From contig LFCK01000003.1 in NCBI GenBank assembly GCA_001189095.1, forward strand, positions 1 through 53,018: a DNA stretch of 53,018 nt, written 5' to 3'. Position 1 is the first letter of the stretch, and every line of letters begins with the position of its first letter. A program made the translations under genes and the position numbers. This stretch comes from Parcubacteria bacterium C7867-001. GTDB taxonomy: Bacteria; Patescibacteriota; Minisyncoccia; Phycocordibacterales; Phycocordibacteraceae. This document shows, one piece after another, positions 44,946 to 53,018 of the stretch. Below the pieces are notes generated by a model, which saw nothing but the letters and a program-made list of their open reading frames with translations, had not been told where the DNA came from and searched no databases.

Positions 44946-46775
44946 CTAAATATCTTCCTTAAAGACGTCTTTGAGAACCTCTTCGGGAACCTCAAATGGC
45001 TTCTTTCCCTGACTCTGCTGTGGATTCTGAGGAGGTTGCGGTTCGCGCTTTTCCTGTTTTTGCTGGGGCGGACGTTGATCCTGAGTGCGTTGAGGTTGTT
45101 TCTGCTGCGGCTGCGGTTGACCCTGCGACTTCAGCTGCTGAGGGCGCGGCGGCTGCGGCTTTTCATTTTTGTGACCCGGCGGCAGCTCTGGTTGGGGATC
45201 TGTAATCACCGAACCGAGCACTCCTTTCAGCGCCTGTGTCTGCGTGTCCGCTTTTCGTTCTTTATTCTTCGCAGCACCTTGAGCGAGCGTCTGCACAATC
45301 GCGCGCAAATCCTCTTTCGTCATCGAACTCGAAGGCGGTGGAGCTTTCTGTTCCTGCTGCGGTGGACGCGGACGCTGCTCGTCCGTGCGTGGACGTGGCG
45401 GACGTGAGTCTTGGAAGTCGTTCTTTGGCGCACGCGGACCGTATTCTTTCTTTTTTGGTTTTGGTTCGGCAGGAACATCCTGCTGGCCCTGCTGGAGCTC
45501 AGTGAAAATAGCGTTCTCTATATTTGCGCGCGGCGAAGCGAACTGTTTCCGCGAAGAAGCAATCACTTCGTCTTTATACGAGCGTGGAGGCGGCTCAATC
45601 GGAGGAATAGTGACCGCGGAGAACGGGCGCGAACCGACGCCATCAATCATGAGCGTCAGGTAGATCTGCGCGAATCCAAGATTCACCAAGTCCTCTTTCA
45701 GAAACTCCGGCGTAAATATGGTTTCCAGTATTTCAGCGTCGAACGGACCCACACGGAAACAAACTGTGGTACCGACGTTGCCGAATACGGCCGCACGCAC
45801 CTCCTCTTCCATCTGCTCGACGTACTGGTGCGCGATGATGAGATTGAGATTGTATTTGCGGGCTTCTGAAAGGATTTCGGCAAACGTCTCGTTCGCGAAA
45901 TTCTGGAATTCGTCGACGTAGAAGTAGAACGGCGGTGATTTCTTAAGCGTTACGGGATCGAGGTTTGCTCGCGACATAGCGCCGAGGAAAAGACGCGTCG
46001 TAATCATGGAGCCTAAGAGCTTCATGTTCGTATCGCCCACAAGACCTTTCGAAAGATTCACGATGAGTATCTTTCTTCGGTCCATAAGATCTCGAATATC
46101 GAAGGAGGATTTCTCCTGCCCAATGATGTTGCGAATGAGCGGGTTGCTCGTGAACTGACCTATTTTGTTTTGAATGGCTGGCGTTGCTTCCTGCGTATAA
46201 CGATCGGTATACGTCATGAATTCCTTGATCCAGAAATCCTTCACTACCGGATCCTTGATGTTCTCGACGACCGCTTTGCGGTACACCTTGTCGGTGTACA
46301 TACGATTCACCCCAAGGAGCGTTGCGCCGGGATATTCAAGGAGCGCGAGAAGCGTGTTGGAGAGAATGTATTCCATGCGGGCACTCCACGCATCGACCCA
46401 GATTTTCTTGAAGGTCGCCATGAGTCCCGAGACCACGAGGTGGCGTTTGTCGTAGCCCACGTCCTCCATGACGTTAAAGGCGATCGGGTTTTCGAGATCG
46501 AATGGTGCGAAGTAGACAACGTCATTAATGCGGTCCTGTGGAATGTAACTCAGGAGCGTCTCCACGGCGGAACCGTGCGGATCGATGAAGGCCATGCCTT
46601 CCCCATTGCGAATATCCTGTATGGCCATGTTCTCGAGCAGGGTTGATTTACCCATGCCCGTCTTCCCGATCACGTACATGTGGCGAGAGCGATCCTTTTG
46701 CTTCAAACCGAACGGTACTCGCTTGCCGCGACTATCGGTGGCTGCAAAGTACGTTACCCGATCGGGGTTATCCAT
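44946..46775 (-). CDS. VirD4/TraG/TraD-like (type IV coupling-protein-type) P-loop NTPase without TM segments, with a ~200-aa P/Q/K-rich disordered C-terminal tail
   Basis: Walker A VIGKTGMGKSTLL. Walker B PPFYFYVDEFQNF. IIAHQY...VGT..CFRV. Tail rich in PRPPQQ/QPQPQQKQ, ending in an acidic motif EVPEEVLKDVFKEDI. Confidence 0.6.
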   Translation of the reverse strand: MDNPDRVTYFAATDSRGKRVPFGLKQKDRSRHMYVIGKTGMGKSTLLENMAIQDIRNGEGMAFIDPHGSAVETLLSYIPQDRINDVVYFAPFDLENPIAFNVMEDVGYDKRHLVVSGLMATFKKIWVDAWSARMEYILSNTLLALLEYPGATLLGVNRMYTDKVYRKAVVENIKDPVVKDFWIKEFMTYTDRYTQEATPAIQNKIGQFTSNPLIRNIIGQEKSSFDIRDLMDRRKILIVNLSKGLVGDTNMKLLGSMITTRLFLGAMSRANLDPVTLKKSPPFYFYVDEFQNFANETFAEILSEARKYNLNLIIAHQYVEQMEEEVRAAVFGNVGTTVCFRVGPFDAEILETIFTPEFLKEDLVNLGFAQIYLTLMIDGVGSRPFSAVTIPPIEPPPRSYKDEVIASSRKQFASPRANIENAIFTELQQGQQDVPAEPKPKKKEYGPRAPKNDFQDSRPPRPRTDEQRPRPPQQEQKAPPPSSSMTKEDLRAIVQTLAQGAAKNKERKADTQTQALKGVLGSVITDPQPELPPGHKNEKPQPPRPQQLKSQGQPQPQQKQPQRTQDQRPPQQKQEKREPQPPQNPQQSQGKKPFEVPEEVLKDVFKEDI

Positions 46776-46807
46776 GCAGAGTATTATATCTGATATATCG
46801 CAAAACG

Positions 46808-46832
46808 AAGCGGCACCCCTTGGGTGCCGCTT
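46808..46832 (-). terminator. Hairpin terminator after the 73-aa ORF
   Basis: AAGCGGCACCC-CTT-GGGTGCCGCTT. On the minus strand it is followed by CGTTTTG. Confidence 0.55.
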
Positions 46833-46840
46833 GAATTCTT

Positions 46841-47062
46841 CTAGGTGACAATCGCCATCGCGCGTTTCTTTGCGAGATAGTAACGATAGACAGTCTTCGC
46901 GTACGAAAGCTGTGGGCCGTCAGTCGACTTTTGGCTCGGATCCCGTTGAAGTGCTTCGACTTCGGTCACCGAGTAATTCCTGATCGCCGCAGCGTACTTT
47001 TCATCGAGCTCCTTAAAACTCAACGTCTTTAGGAGCGCTTCGAGCGCTTGTTGTTCCATCAC
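46841..47062 (-). CDS. Hypothetical 73-aa soluble protein
   Basis: AGGAG SD lies upstream of the ATG. No family recognised. Confidence 0.55.
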   Translation of the reverse strand: MMEQQALEALLKTLSFKELDEKYAAAIRNYSVTEVEALQRDPSQKSTDGPQLSYAKTVYRYYLAKKRAMAIVT

Positions 47063-47089
47063 TCACTCCTCTAGGTTCGACTATCGAGG

Positions 47090-47293
47090 TTATACCACGG
47101 GCGTGGTCATGCTGCTCGTTTCAGGAGAAGGTGCGACTGTGCGCATACGGCGAGCACGCAGCGTAACCGCCACGAGCACAACGAGAAGCCCCAGCACCGG
47201 AACGATATAGGCGCGCCACGAGACAGGAAGACCGATAAACGGCGTAAGCATGATAAGAACCCCGAGGGCAATGAGAGCTGTTTCTCGCGTCAT
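47090..47293 (-). CDS. Hypothetical 67-aa two-TM membrane protein
   Basis: ALIALGVLIMLTPFIGL and YIVPVLGLLVVLVAVTL hydrophobic helices. Confidence 0.5.
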   Translation of the reverse strand: MTRETALIALGVLIMLTPFIGLPVSWRAYIVPVLGLLVVLVAVTLRARRMRTVAPSPETSSMTTPVV

Positions 47294-47302
47294 ATAGAAA
47301 GT

Positions 47303-47989
47303 TTAGCAAGTGGAGACGATGACGACAAACTCGCCGCGCACCTCGCCTTGATGGGTTTTGAAGTAATCGCGCACGTCAGCAGCACTTCCCCGCACCACCG
47401 ACTCATGGAGTTTCGTAAGTTCACGCAACACGCTCACCATCCGATCTTCTGGTAGGAATTCGACGAGCGACTCGAGTGCCTTCTCGATGCGATGCGTCGA
47501 TTCGTAAAAAACGACCGTTCGCTCTTCCTCTGCGATTTCCTTAAAGAGTGTCTGCCGCCCCTTCTTGTGCGGCAAGAATCCAAGGAAGACGAATTGATCG
47601 GTCGGCACACCCGCGATGGAAAGTGCAGCGGCAAGGGCGGAAGGTCCCGGTATCGCTTCTATCGTTACCTCGCCTCCAAGACGCGAGCGCACCTCGGCAA
47701 TGAGTGCGGTTCCGGGATCCGAAATCCCCGGCGTACCAGCGTCAGTCACAAGCGCAACGCGCTTTCCTTCACCAAGTAGCGAAAGAATGCGGGTTGTCGC
47801 ACCTTTTCCGCTCTGTGCATGGAAAATAACGAGTGGTTTTTGTATGTCGTATTTCGCAAGAAGCTTGCTCGAAACACGCGTGTCTTCGCACGCGATGACA
47901 TCCGCGTTCTTGAGCGTCTCAATAGCTCTAAGGGTGATATCCCCGAGATTCCCGATAGGCGTCGCAACGACGGAAAGAGTGCCAGCCAT
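47303..47989 (-). CDS. rsmI: 16S rRNA (cytidine1402-2'-O)-methyltransferase
   Basis: GTLSVVATPIGNLGDITLRAIETLKNADVIACEDTR...VTDAGTPGISDPG is the RsmI tetrapyrrole-methylase-fold signature. Confidence 0.9.
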   Translation of the reverse strand: MAGTLSVVATPIGNLGDITLRAIETLKNADVIACEDTRVSSKLLAKYDIQKPLVIFHAQSGKGATTRILSLLGEGKRVALVTDAGTPGISDPGTALIAEVRSRLGGEVTIEAIPGPSALAAALSIAGVPTDQFVFLGFLPHKKGRQTLFKEIAEEERTVVFYESTHRIEKALESLVEFLPEDRMVSVLRELTKLHESVVRGSAADVRDYFKTHQGEVRGEFVVIVSTC

Positions 47990-48039
47990 TGAGGCGAGCG
48001 TAGCACCCTAGGGAAAGGCGCGCAAAGCAAGAGCTTGGT

Positions 48040-49452
48040 ATGATAGCCAAATATATGGGCAAGCGTATTCATATGATTGGCATGTGCGGGCTCGGCATGA
48101 GCTCGGTCGCTCTCCTTCTTAAGGAGGAAGGAAATACGGTTACCGGCTCCGACGCCGAGTGCTACGGACCGCCGCAAGAAACACTTGCCGTGGCCGGACT
48201 TACCCCACTCCTCCCCTATTCCCCATCAAACATTCCTGCTGATGTAGACGAATTCATCATTGGACGCAATGCAAAACTCGTACGCACAGAAAACGCGGAA
48301 GTGGAAGCGGCGTATCAAACCGGCAAGCCTATCTACTCTTTTCCTGAAGTCCTCGGTCGTCTCACAAAGAATCGCCGCAACGTTGTGGTCGCCGGCTCGT
48401 ACGGGAAATCAACAACAACTGCGCTCTTGGCCCACATCCTTCGTCACGCAGGACTTGATGCCGGTTATTTTGTTGGCGCAGAACCGGTCGCCGACACTCC
48501 GGCAAAAATCGGCACGCATGAACTCTTCGTGCTTGAAGGTGACGAATATCCTTCAGGACATGACGATGCTCGCCCGAAATTCCTCCACCTCCACCCGACC
48601 GACGTCCTTCTCTCTTCTGCGGTGCACGATCACGTGAATGTGTACCCAACGCATGAATCCTACCTTGAAGCATTCCGCCAGCTGCTCGCGCTTGTTCCAG
48701 ACAACGGAACCGTAACCGTGTGCGCGGACCAGCCCGACGCGCTTACCCTCGCACAGGCATCTGGGAAGAACCTCGTTACCTACGGCGTCACGAACGGGAT
48801 GTATGCGGCACGCGATATGAGCTTCGATGGACGTATTTCATTCACCCTTATAAAGGAGGGCGAGCCAGTCATCGCCCTCACGAGCGAACTCCTAGGAAAG
48901 CACAATGTCGAAAATATCGTCGCTGTTTCTGCCTATGTCCTATCACGCAACCTTATGGCACCCGAAGCGCTCGCTGCCGCAGTCGCCGATTTCAAAGGCG
49001 TACGCCGCCGTCTCGATAAAGTCGCGAACTCCTCGATTCCTATGCACGAAGGGTTCGGTTCTTCCTATGAAAAAGCTCGCGCAGCGATAGAGGCGTTGAA
49101 GCTCCACTTCCCGAATCACCGACTCGTCGTAGTCTTCGAGCCGCACACGTTCGGCTGGAGGAACCGCGCAAACCTTCCGTGGTACGACAACGCCTTCGCG
49201 GGCGCAGGACTCGCTTTCATAGCAGCACCCGAAACCCAAGGCGCGACCACGCACGACCAGCTTTCCCATGAAGAAATACTCGAGCGCGCAAAAGCCGCTG
49301 GAGTTGATGCGCGTCCGTACGATGCGAACAACCGAGCATCCGTCCTCGATGCGATCGAACCGAACGACGTCGTGCTCGTCCTCACGTCGGGAGACCTCCA
49401 CGGCTCGCTTCCGTCGCTCGTTCGCGACTTCGAAGAGCGCTTCCCTGCTTAA
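48040..49452 (+). CDS. mpl: Mur ligase family protein, Mpl-like (UDP-MurNAc:tripeptide ligase) or MurC-like
   Basis: IHMIGMCGLGMSSVALLLKEEGNTVTGSDAECYGPPQETL (Mpl-type SD..YPP). GSYGKSTTTALLAH (P-loop). FVLEGDEY. ATG at 48055 is an alternative start. Confidence 0.65.
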   Translation: MIAKYMGKRIHMIGMCGLGMSSVALLLKEEGNTVTGSDAECYGPPQETLAVAGLTPLLPYSPSNIPADVDEFIIGRNAKLVRTENAEVEAAYQTGKPIYSFPEVLGRLTKNRRNVVVAGSYGKSTTTALLAHILRHAGLDAGYFVGAEPVADTPAKIGTHELFVLEGDEYPSGHDDARPKFLHLHPTDVLLSSAVHDHVNVYPTHESYLEAFRQLLALVPDNGTVTVCADQPDALTLAQASGKNLVTYGVTNGMYAARDMSFDGRISFTLIKEGEPVIALTSELLGKHNVENIVAVSAYVLSRNLMAPEALAAAVADFKGVRRRLDKVANSSIPMHEGFGSSYEKARAAIEALKLHFPNHRLVVVFEPHTFGWRNRANLPWYDNAFAGAGLAFIAAPETQGATTHDQLSHEEILERAKAAGVDARPYDANNRASVLDAIEPNDVVLVLTSGDLHGSLPSLVRDFEERFPA

Positions 49453-49453
49453 T

Positions 49454-50194
49454 ATGCGTATTTATACGAGCGAATTCGCGCACGACTACGGGACGTATTC
49501 GTTCGGCTACACCCTTCACGCGGCACTCGAAGAAAATGACAACCCGAAGCTTCCGTACGAATCCGGCTTCCTTCCCTACTCTGCAAACCCAAACGCCTAC
49601 AACCTCCTCTACATGGCGCGTTCTGTGCGCGTTCCGGTGAAGGAATTCGATCCCTCAAGCGAAAATCGTCGGGTCTTCAAGAAATTCGACGGTCTCGCCA
49701 CTTCTGAGGTCGTTCCACGCGAAGAGCTCGCGAATGACGCTGAATTCCAAAAGCTTTTCCTCGACTACTTCGAGACACGACACGGTAAGAAAATAATGGG
49801 CGAAGAGCGTTTGCAGGGACTCCTTAAAACCGTTCTCCCACTACGAGGCATTCGTTACCGTGACCAAAATGGCGAACTCATTGCCGCTGTCTTCGAGCCT
49901 GCTGGAGAAAACTGGGCTCACTTCTGGTTCCCCGCATATCGCGTTGATTTCATCGGTAAATCGCTCGGGATGTGGCTCATGCTCGATGCTATTCGCCGTG
50001 CAGCAGCAGATGGTCGCGACCACCTCTACCTCGGAACTGCGTATGGAGAGAAGGCGCGCTACAAACTGAATGTTCCCCAACTCGAATTCTGGGACGGCAT
50101 GATGTGGGCGCGCGACGAAGAAGAGCTGAAGCGACGCATGAAAGAAGACGGCGAGCGCGTCAAAGAAGCGGCCAGCCGATTCGCTCTCCGCTAG
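49454..50194 (+). CDS. Arginyl/leucyl-tRNA--protein transferase (ATE/Bpt)-like aminoacyl-tRNA-dependent transferase homologue
   Basis: Start MRIYTSEF lies 1 nt after the Mur ligase TAA. ARSVRVPVKEFDPSSENRRVFKK and HLYLGTAYGEKARYKLNVPQLEFWDG resemble the ATE_N/ATE_C signatures (R..v..F..s.s.RR, YLGY....M.YK..f.P.E). The listed ORF 49268..50194 has a 5' extension inside the Mur ligase gene. Confidence 0.5.
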   Translation: MRIYTSEFAHDYGTYSFGYTLHAALEENDNPKLPYESGFLPYSANPNAYNLLYMARSVRVPVKEFDPSSENRRVFKKFDGLATSEVVPREELANDAEFQKLFLDYFETRHGKKIMGEERLQGLLKTVLPLRGIRYRDQNGELIAAVFEPAGENWAHFWFPAYRVDFIGKSLGMWLMLDAIRRAAADGRDHLYLGTAYGEKARYKLNVPQLEFWDGMMWARDEEELKRRMKEDGERVKEAASRFALR

Positions 50195-50197
50195 GAA

Positions 50198-50692
50198 TTA
50201 CTTGCAATCGATCGCTACCGTCTCGTCCGTGTGCGAGAGCGCACCTTGTGTCGGCGCCACCAACACGAGTTGATAGGGACGGAACGCTACGCGCTTCGGT
50301 TCGCATCCCTTCTCAGGAGCGGTGTGTGTGATGGTAACAACTCGACCCTCTTCGGTGTCCGCGATGCGGGACACAGCAATGCCGTAGCCGTTAGTGGCAT
50401 GCGGACCATCGAATACCGCAAGTACCTCGTGTTTGTCAAAATCAACAACTGGCGGTTTTGCTTTTGGTCCATGGACGATTTCCCATACCGACGCGAGCTC
50501 TTCCGAGTTTCTGAGCCGGTAATTCTTGCGATCAATCGTCTGTGCGGTGCTTGTTCCTTCTGCAAGAACATCCCACGTAACGGGTCCCGTATGGACTGCA
50601 GCACGCTTTTCAGGTTCCTGTTGGGTAAGCAAATATGCACCGAGCGCAATGAGGGCGACACAAGCAAGGAGAATCACGAGTTTCGTTCGCAT
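50198..50692 (-). CDS. PrcB-C-like secreted/membrane-anchored protein
   Basis: Start set at MRTKLVILLACVALIALGAYLL (signal anchor). The longer listed start would run through a terminator hairpin. C-terminal VLAVFDGPHATNGYGIAVSRI...VVTITHTAPEKGC resembles the PrcB C-terminal domain. Confidence 0.45.
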   Translation of the reverse strand: MRTKLVILLACVALIALGAYLLTQQEPEKRAAVHTGPVTWDVLAEGTSTAQTIDRKNYRLRNSEELASVWEIVHGPKAKPPVVDFDKHEVLAVFDGPHATNGYGIAVSRIADTEEGRVVTITHTAPEKGCEPKRVAFRPYQLVLVAPTQGALSHTDETVAIDCK

Positions 50693-50709
50693 GCCCTCAG
50701 TATAAACGC

Positions 50710-50738
50710 GCACGGGCCCGCCAAAGGCGGGCCCGTGC
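50710..50738 (-). terminator. Hairpin terminator downstream of tRNA-Ile
   Basis: GCACGGGCCCGCC-AAA-GGCGGGCCCGTGC, a perfect 13-bp stem. Confidence 0.6.
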
Positions 50739-50747
50739 ATAACTTAG

Positions 50748-50820
50748 TGCGCGCGGAAGGATTCGAACCTTCGACCGCTCGAGTATCAGTCGAGTGCTCT
50801 ACCAACTGAGCTACACGCGC
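50748..50820 (-). tRNA. tRNA-Ile (anticodon GAU), no encoded CCA
   Basis: Minus strand GCGCGTG-TA-GCTC-AGTTGGTA-GAGC-A-CTCGA-CTGATAC-TCGAG-CGGTC-GAAGG-TTCGAAT-CCTTC-CGCGCGC-A. All four stems pair (one G-U). The anticodon loop CTGATAC gives GAT. Confidence 0.92.
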
Positions 50821-51064
50821 ATATGTCTAACTTCGGGATACTACCAGAAATCCCCAGTATCTTCCACCCTTCGTGTATTCTTCACCCAACCCCTTGGTAT
50901 AGTGGCAATATAAATGGTTCACCGAGGTACAACTCGCGAATCGAAACAAATCCGCAAGGCGGAAATCTCCACCTTCGAGCAAAAATGGCGCCGGCATAAG
51001 AATAAGCAGCGTATCTGGAAACGCTGCGTGCAAAAACTTGCTCTTGCAACCGTAGAAGCGTAGA

Positions 51065-51314
51065 AAAATCCCCAGCCACAGGCTGGGGATTTTGAATTGG
51101 TCGGAATGCTCCGCAACGGCCTGACCCGGCAAAGGTTACGGGTGAGGTGGTTCCGTTAGCTTAGGGCTTACGCGGCTGCGGCCTAAGATAGGTTGCCCCA
51201 TCGGAAATCTCAGGATCTCTCCCGAGCTTATCGCAGTTTCTCGCATATCCCTTTCGACTACATACAAGGCGGCCCGAAGGCGTCCAAAGCATCGAAAACG
51301 ACCGAGGCGCTTTC
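51065..51314 (-). ncRNA. Candidate ~250-nt structured transcript of unknown class (could alternatively carry a 43-codon ORF)
   Basis: Bounded by a sigma70-like promoter (51321-51348) and a strong terminator, AAAATCCCCAGCC-ACA-GGCTGGGGATTTT (51065-51093). The interior has several GC stems (CGGAA..TTCCG closing stem, CCCG..CGGG, CCG..CGG, GCC-TTCG-GGC). No listed ORF has an SD here. Confidence 0.3.
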
Positions 51315-51320
51315 ACGTCC

Positions 51321-51348
51321 TTTATACACGGAACACTCCGGCCTGTAA
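51321..51348 (-). promoter_or_regulatory. Candidate promoter TTACAG-16 nt-TATAAA for the unknown transcript
   Basis: Read on the minus strand immediately downstream of the Dabb gene terminator. Confidence 0.3.
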
Positions 51349-51370
51349 TTTAGCATGCTACGGAAAACAC

Positions 51371-51399
51371 GAAAAGCGCCGCGGCAATGCCGCGGCGCT
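51371..51399 (-). terminator. Rho-independent terminator of the Dabb gene
   Basis: AGCGCCGCGG-CATTG-CCGCGGCGCT followed by TTTTC on the minus strand. Confidence 0.75.
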
Positions 51400-51417
51400 A
51401 TATTCTTTCGGAGCGTG

Positions 51418-51747
51418 CTAGAGCTTCAGAGCTGATTTCGGCACCATAATGTCGGCGACCGTCCAGTTCAGATGCTGTGCGCACTCCTCGGCGAAGCTTG
51501 CATGCGCTGGGTGCGCACGAAACCGATCGAAAGCCTCTTGGCTTTCAAAGACGGCGACTTCGACGAGCTCAACACCCTTTCGAGTATCGAGATTCCGAGT
51601 GAATTCCCAGAACAGGATCCCTGCTCCGTAGCCACCGCAACGCTCCCCCAGATGCATGCCGAGCGCAAGAATCGCGCCGACCCGCAGTGGCGAAGTGTCT
51701 TCGCGTGGCTTGAAGTGAATCGTATGCAAGAGAACAGTATCTCCCAC
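51418..51747 (-). CDS. Dabb (stress-responsive alpha/beta-barrel) family protein, GTG start
   Basis: 109 aa. HTIHFKPRED...VAVFESQEAFDRFRAHPAHASFAEE...WTVADI fits the Dabb pattern. TAAGGAGGT lies 5 nt before the GTG. Confidence 0.7.
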   Translation of the reverse strand: MGDTVLLHTIHFKPREDTSPLRVGAILALGMHLGERCGGYGAGILFWEFTRNLDTRKGVELVEVAVFESQEAFDRFRAHPAHASFAEECAQHLNWTVADIMVPKSALKL

Positions 51748-51779
51748 GTGAACCTCCTTACGGTTTGCGTGTTATATAG

Positions 51780-51807
51780 ATTATACATTATTTTATACAT
51801 ACGTCAA
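51780..51807 (-). promoter_or_regulatory. Sigma70-like promoter TTGACG-16 nt-TATAAT for the Dabb gene
   Basis: Minus strand CTATTGACGTATGTATAAAATAATGTATAATC, ~30 nt upstream of the SD. Confidence 0.6.
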
Positions 51808-51831
51808 TAGCCCCGCGTTGCGGGGCTATTG
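51805..51831 (-). other. Perfect 12-bp hairpin CAATAGCCCCGC-AAC-GCGGGGCTATTG (minus-strand sense; the loop reads GTT on the plus strand) downstream of the 16S region (processing stem or terminator without a U-tract)
   Basis: Inverted repeat read directly. It overlaps the -35 of the Dabb promoter. Confidence 0.5.
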
Positions 51832-52055
51832 CGTTGTGAGCAATACTGAAATGAAAAGGTAAGGAGAAGAACGCGCTCTTGCGTTCCGCCTATTCGTACC
51901 TTCGAATCGTCAATTGAGCGATTCGACACGTACACCGGTAACGTTAACCGGTCTCCGAGCACCATTTAAGGATGTGTGCTATTTCCTCTTGCTGGACCGA
52001 AGTCCAGAGATCGACAAGTGATTCCTCTTCCGAGGAGATCGGTTCCGATTGGATA

Positions 52056-53018
<963 letters not shown>

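Noticed and set aside
20585-50740. Long N-terminal extensions of listed ORFs (21226, 22302, 32046, 34869, 37272, 41273, 44820, 49268, 50740)
   Set aside because: For most (21226, 22302, 32046, 34869, 41273, 49268) the extension overlaps the preceding gene in another frame. For 50740 it runs through a terminator hairpin. For 37272 and 44820 it lies in intergenic sequence, and the internal ATG was preferred only because it restores the family-typical N-terminus. In each case an internal ATG gives the family-typical N-terminus (for example MKYVLVTGG, MNALFISND, MTVTQKTILVTGG), often with ATGA stop-start overlap.
50827-51132. 101-aa and two 65-aa minus-strand ORFs between tRNA-Ile and the Dabb gene
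   Set aside because: No SD, an odd Cys/Arg/Phe-rich composition, and they span a strong terminator hairpin. Treated as non-coding.
50821-51374. Specific identification as RNase P RNA, tmRNA, SRP RNA, 6S or 5S RNA
   Set aside because: Key signatures are absent or occur in inconsistent order and orientation. These are GAGGAAAGUCC and ACAGAACCCGGCUUA for RNase P, GGGG 5' end plus T-arm and ..AA-stop tag for tmRNA, GGUCAGGUCCGGAAGGAAGCAGC for SRP, and CCGAAC..GAAGU for 5S. The identity is left as unknown.

Overview
Gene-dense 53-kb window, moderately GC-rich by eye and coded almost entirely on the minus strand. All family calls below are by-eye motif recognition, with no database search run. Gene content and the rRNA oddities suggest a Candidate Phyla Radiation / Patescibacteria (Parcubacteria-like) genome, which is inference only. 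Left to right the window holds six blocks. (1) The first ~5.2 kb of a giant ORF is missing from the ORF track because it has no stop inside the window. It encodes an N-terminal HTH, one TM helix and tail-fibre-like repeats, and is followed by a small paralogous HTH/TM protein. (2) A housekeeping block contains gatB, obg, aspartate kinase, secA and murB. It is interrupted by a small accessory patch: a two-gene cassette bracketed by an identical 26-nt terminator hairpin, a MOSC protein, an orphan primase-type CHC2 zinc finger, a low-GC small ORF and a 23-codon Lys-rich micro-ORF. (3) A ~28-kb surface-glycan locus spans 16.4-44.8 kb. It contains an O-antigen-ligase-like/TPR protein, an FkbM methyltransferase, a Wzx-like flippase and RfbB/RfbC. 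It also contains an RfbH-like 3-dehydrase with His replacing the PLP Lys, and a Gtr-like GT2+GtrA module flanked by two candidate GT-C paralogues. The remaining genes are Gmd plus a perosamine-synthase-like aminotransferase, a C-methyltransferase, a cupin ketoisomerase, an exostosin-like GT, a B12-binding radical SAM enzyme, seven GT4 genes and a UXS-like protein fused to half a GT-B domain. (4) An orphan VirD4/TraG-like ATPase with a P/Q-rich tail sits next to two small proteins. (5) Then come rsmI, an Mpl-like Mur ligase tightly coupled to an ATE/Bpt-like aminoacyl-tRNA transferase homologue, and a PrcB-like protein. (6) The last block is a disrupted rRNA region reading, in gene (minus-strand) order, partial 16S, a Dabb protein gene with its own promoter, ~0.55 kb of hairpin-rich non-coding DNA, then tRNA-Ile(GAU). 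No 23S follows. The 16S is unusual in three ways: no canonical anti-SD directly after helix 45 (a CUCCUUA motif lies 189 nt further on), a shortened non-canonical segment where the universal 1050-1100 motif should be, and a compensated 530-loop pseudoknot change. I saw no CRISPR array, transposase or integrase.
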